DNA of 64,000 bases from Eledone cirrhosa (lineage: Eukaryota), in the NCBI GenBank assembly GCA_964016885.1, contig OZ024762.1, forward strand, positions 13,826,001 to 13,890,000, given 5' to 3'. The position numbers and the translations under genes are program-made. Of this stretch, positions 57,249 to 64,000 are shown piece after piece; the first letter of the stretch is position 1, and the number at the start of each line of letters is the position of its first letter. The notes under the pieces were generated by a model. It did not search any database, was not told where the DNA came from, and was given only the letters and a program-made list of their open reading frames with translations.

Positions 57249-57711
57249 TTCTTTCCCTCTCTCTATTTCTCACTCACCTCCCCACTCTCGCTTTGTTTTT
57301 GTTGTAGTTGTTGATCTTCTTCTTCTTCTTCTTTCTCTTCTTCTTCTTCTTCTTCTTCTTCTTCTTCTTCTTCTTCTTCTTCTTCTTCTTTCTCTTCTTC
57401 TTCTTCTTCTTCTTCTATTATTATTGTTTGTTTTTACCTTTTCTTGTCCCCACGTAGTCAATTATCCAGCAGGAATTTTCTTGACAACGTCGATGAAAAA
57501 AACACACACACATATATATATATATATATACACACACACATATATATACATATACACACACGCATATATATATATATACACACACACATATATATACATA
57601 TACACACACGCATATATATATATATATATACACACACACATATATATACATATACACACACGCATATATATATATATATACACACACATATATATACATA
57701 TACACACACGC

Positions 57712-57746
<35 letters not shown>

Positions 57747-57790
57747 TGTATATGCATAGAATGATATGTATCTATTTGGTATATATAATT

Positions 57791-57835
<45 letters not shown>

Positions 57836-57927
57836 CACATTGTCACAAAGAACGCCAAAGATAAATTAGTAAAATGGCTGCGGTACGCCATGATTGTAGT
57901 TACAGCATGTAATGTCATGTCTGTCTG

Positions 57928-57976
<49 letters not shown>

Positions 57977-58210
57977 ACAATATATATATATATATATATG
58001 CTTACATATATTCATATAAATATATATTTATATATATATATATTTCTGTTTGTATATTCGATTGATTTTTTTTTTTTCTTATTCTTTGAGGCTTTTTTCC
58101 ACATTGATTTCGTTGTTGGAGATAGAGAAGGAGTAAAAGAGACAGAGTGAGAGTAGAGTAAGGTGAAAACAATGGAGGAAGGGATAGATTGAGAGAGAGA
58201 GAGAGTAAGT

Positions 58211-58250
<40 letters not shown>

Positions 58251-58974
58251 GAGTGAGAGAGTGTGTGTGTGTATTTGCGAGAGAGCGAGAGAGAGAGAAA
58301 GAGAGAAGAAGGATTGTTCAATAAAAAGGAATTGTTTTATACATTGATAAATTGATAAACGCAAGGACTGTAGACATAGATAGCTAGATAGATAGATAGA
58401 TATATAGATAGACAACCGTCAGTTAGTCCGGAGACGTTAACCTAGAGTTAATCCGAAAATATTGTTTCACTCCAAATTGTTGTATCAAAGTTTTTCAGGT
58501 TTCATTGGTTAGTCGTTTGATTGCTTTCCTAGCATCTGTTGCATTTAAATATAAAACAGTAAAAAAGATTTAAAATAAGAACAGCTAACTCCTTTCAGTT
58601 CCTGTGTACCATAGTCTCTATAACAGGCAGGGCTGTTTTAATTGCAATCCAACCAACTTTAACCCCCGACACCGATATTTATAATTAAATAGAATTTAAG
58701 TTTTTTTTTTTTTTCTTTCTTAACTGAAATTTAAGATTTTTCATTAATTGAAATTTAAGATTCATTTTAATTTACTAGACTGGCAAGGGATAGATGTCAG
58801 TGGAAGGAAGCCAGGGAGGGTTTCCTCTTCCATCAGAGTTTTCAAGACCCTGGATCAAGATTTAATTTACAAAACCAATTATCGTTAACAGAAAATACAG
58901 ATTTCTTAACACGAAGAATTAGTTTTCTTTTAAATAAATTTCTGTTTTTAGAAAGTATCGAGAAATAGGCCCAT

Positions 58975-59145
58975 AGACCTATGATCTCTGTCATGGCCTA
59001 CGACCTTCCCTAGCTTATGATCTCTGGCATGGCCTGCGACCTTCCCTAGCTTATGATCTCTGGCATGGCCTACGACCTTCCCTAGTTTATGATCTCTGGC
59101 ATGGCCTACGACCTTCCCTAGTTTATGATCTCCAGCATGGCCTAT
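58975..59145. repeat. 36-bp minisatellite, about 4.5 copies
   Basis: Unit ccttccctagcttatgatctctggcatggcctacga. Confidence 0.93.
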
Positions 59146-59316
59146 GGTGTATCTCTCCCAACACATGCAATATGCCAATTACCAACATTCGTGTTTGATA
59201 CAAGACCAGAAATTATAGGGGTGAAAGCGGGAGAGAGTAAAATCGATAGCGTTTGAGTCTACCCCGGTATTTGACTGGTATTTTGATATAGTCTCTGTGT
59301 TTTGTCTTTTTGATCT

Positions 59317-59600
59317 TGTTGTTAGTTGTGGTGATGATGGTGGTAGTGTTATTGTTGGTTGTGGTGATGATGGTGGTAGTGTTGTTGTTGGTTGTGGTGA
59401 TGATGGTGGTAGTGTTGTTGTTGGTTGTGGTGATGATGGTGGTAGTGTTGTTGTTGGTTGTGGTGATGATGGTGGTAGTGTTGTTGTTGGTTGTGGTGAT
59501 GATGGTGGTAGTGTTGTTGTTGGTTGTGGTGATGATGGTGGTAGTGTTGTTGTTGGTTGTGGTGATGATGGTGGTAGTGTTGTTGTTGGTTGTGGTGGAA
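59317..59600. repeat. 33-bp minisatellite, about 8 copies
   Basis: Unit gttgttgttggttgtggtgatgatggtggtagt. Confidence 0.93.
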
Positions 59601-61406
59601 GTGGTGGTGGTCATTATGATGGTGATGATGGTGGTAGTTTTTTTGCTGTAGCTGTTGTTGGTGGTGGTGGTATTGTCGTTGTTGTTATTGCTGTTGTCGT
59701 TGTTGCTAGGGGTGACTGAATGATTACTCGACAAGTTGACCTCAACTCGACTTGAAATAGAAATCAAAATCAAAATAATAAACAAAATCTTCCGCCACCA
59801 CTCCACCACCACTCCGCCACCAGCTCCACCACTACTCCACCACTATTCCGCCACCAACTCCACCACTACTCCGACACCACTCCACCTCAACTCCGCAACC
59901 ACTCCGCCACCAGCTCCACCACCACTCCACCACTACTCCGCCACCAACTCCACCACAAAGTCACGTGTATAAAAATACGTAGAGAGGTTAATGGCTTATT
60001 TTGTTATTTTTTTATTTTTTTGCTCTTTTCCAACTGGGATTCGATACTCAGACGTTTCTACGAAGAAGAAACCTATTTTTCTTGTATGTAGAATAAAATA
60101 GAAATAGAAATACAATAAAAAAAAAAAAAGCTGAAAATAAAAATATAAGGCAATAAGCGAAACTAGTCTCACACCCATATAAGGGAAACTAGTCTCACAC
60201 CCATTACCTTTTTTGCTCAACAGAAATAATAAAAAAAAAATACTTCAAAAGAAAAACAGTTATAATAAACTTGACAAACAAACAAATAAACAACGACAAA
60301 AGCAGCAACAAAACCTAAACAATATAAAGGAGTGAAATATAAAATTAACAACCAACAACAAATATTAAAAATAAAAAAAAAACATGAAAAAAAAAGGCGG
60401 GAAAATGAAGAAAAGGGGATGAGAAGGAATTTAAGGAAAATAATAAGAAAAAAAAACGAAGATAAACCAATATATGGCGAGACAGAATGAAAAAATGAAA
60501 GATTAAAAAAAGATGCGACTTGGAGGAGGGGAAAGTAAGGTTGTGGTGGGCATCGGTGGAATGTCTTCAAGGCGTTGTTTTCTTCTTACGATTGTTCCTT
60601 TTTGTTAGGAATCCATTGAAGACATATATTCCTTATTTTTGTTGTCTCTGTCTCCCTGTGTGTGTATGTGTCTGTCTGTGTCGGGTGTGTGTGTGTGTGT
60701 GTGTGAGTCAGTGTATGTGTGTGTCTATCTGTGTCTGTGTGTGTGTGTGTATATGTCTGTATGTGTGTATGTCTGTATGTGTGTGTCTGTGTATGTGTGT
60801 CTGTGTGTATGTGTATGTGCGTGTGTATGTTTGTGTCTGTGTGTGTGTCTATGTGTGTGTGTCTATGTGTGTGTCTGTATGTGTGTATGTGTATGTGTAT
60901 GGGTGTATGTCTGTATGTGTGTGTCGGTGTGTGTGTGTGTGTCTGTATGTGTGTGTCTGTGTGATGGGGAGGGCGTGTTTGTTCTTCGTTTTTTTTTTCT
61001 TCTTTTTATTTCTCCTTAATTCTCATCCCTTTCTTTTTTCCATCTTCTTTATCTTCTTCGTCTTCTTCTTTATCATATTTCTTCTTCTTTCATCTTATTC
61101 AAATTCTTCTCCTTTTTCTTCTTTTTCTCCTCTTCCTCCTCCACCTTCTTAGTGTGCTTCTTCTCCTCCCCCCCCTCCCCTCCCACCAATATCTCATCAT
61201 TCTGCTATCATTATTTTCTTCTTTTTTCTATTAACATTTCCCCCTTCTTCACCTTCTTCAACTTCTTTCTTTTTTCTCATTCTAACATCCCCCCCCCCCT
61301 CTCCGCCAGCACCCCCCCTCCCCATCTCTATCGTGATGGAATGAACGAACGATATAATGGACATTATCCTATTGTTAGTCCAACATTCGACATATTTATT
61401 TCATGT

Positions 61407-62815
<1,409 letters not shown>

Positions 62816-62905
62816 TGTGTTTGTGTGTTTCAGATTTGTTTAGTTTGGTTGTAAGTTGAAATTCCGGAGTTATCATTTATGTTAAAATTAATGAATGACG
62901 ACATT

Positions 62906-62966
<61 letters not shown>

Positions 62967-63217
62967 CAGTGATATGATAGAGAGGAAGGGAAGATAGAGG
63001 GAGAAAGAGATGGACAGTGTTTTAATAGAGAGGATGAAAGAGGAGAGAAAGGACGAGGAGTGAGAGATGGACAGTGGTATGATAGAGAGGAAGGGAGGGG
63101 AGAGAGAGGGGGGAGAGGGAGGAGAGACAGATGGACAATGATATAATAGAGAGCGAGTGGAAGAAAGGGAGACAGAGAGAGAACATACAGCCATATAGTA
63201 ATTTTTGAACCTTAATT

Positions 63218-63266
<49 letters not shown>

Positions 63267-63310
63267 TAAAATACAAATATTAATAAAATAGATGTTCTTT
63301 TTATCAATTA

Positions 63311-63365
63311 CATTTTATTATACATATTTCAGATGTACAACAGTACGTCCTCATCAGACAAAATA
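63311..63365 (-). ncRNA. Type I hammerhead ribozyme motif (family B'), second copy
   Basis: tattttgt-CTGATGA-ggacgtac-tgtt-gtacatct-GAAA-tatgt-ATA-ataaaatg, with 8-bp helix I. It lies in a repeat of about 155 bp shared with 53803-53960. Confidence 0.72.
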
Positions 63366-64000
63366 TAATGATACATGACATACCCTGAGGTGTTAAATGG
63401 TTAAGATTTAATCAAGGTAGTGATTAACCTATGAGAAAGTTTAACATTTATACCCTAATAATGAGAAAATGCGAAAACGTAATAAATTCAATAGAGAATG
63501 TGTGAGTAAGAAAAACGTTGCTTAATGTAACAGTTATAGAGATTTTTAAATGTATGATACTACAATTTATCAAGGAAAGCGTCAGTGAGAGTCGCTGAGA
63601 TAATATATATAGAGAGGGGGAATATAGGAGATTTTCCGAAAGTTAAACGGTTAAGTTTGAAAATATTTAATTTATGCTATTTTAGGCTGAAGAATCAAGA
63701 TTTTAGGTTTTTTTTTAAAAAAGATTGCAGGTTATTTATTAGTTTTGTAAATTCAATAAGTGTTTTAACATTTCTAAACTTCGGAATTTTATGAGGATAA
63801 CTTTTAAAGGATTTAGCTGGCCAGCGGAAAATAAACTTTACACTGTCGAATATTTTTCTAAATGTAACCTTTACCGGAGATATTCATTGCCAACATAAAT
63901 GGTATGTACATCTTATGAAGTATTTATTGTTAGAAATATTTAAATAACTATTATGTATATATACATATATATATATTAATGAGCGTGTATATTTTAGGTA

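Noticed and set aside
57458-57500. Strong acceptor-like site after (CTT)n
   Set aside because: There is no donor or recognisable coding sequence before the next microsatellite.

Overview
Eukaryotic genomic DNA, very rich in microsatellites [(TA)n, (CA)n, (GA)n, (GGT)n, pentamers], with one 200-N gap. The SINE families and repeat landscape resemble octopus (coleoid cephalopod) DNA; this is an inference from remembered consensus sequences, not a search. Almost every ORF in the supplied track is a translated microsatellite. The supported host coding content is two phase-compatible + strand exons (34431-34599 and 43727-43827), both absent from the ORF track, that splice into part of a fasciclin (FAS1) domain. 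Much of the window is therefore probably intron. Mobile DNA includes three tRNA-derived SINE families, R4/Dong-like LINE 3' fragments and mariner/Tc1 miniature elements. The most unusual signal is a set of short (TA)n-embedded elements from several unrelated families that carry type I hammerhead ribozyme folds and often fold back into long palindromes (Penelope- or retrozyme-like). One such hammerhead lies in sense orientation inside the FAS1 intron next to its own antisense arm. All folds and alignments were done by eye.
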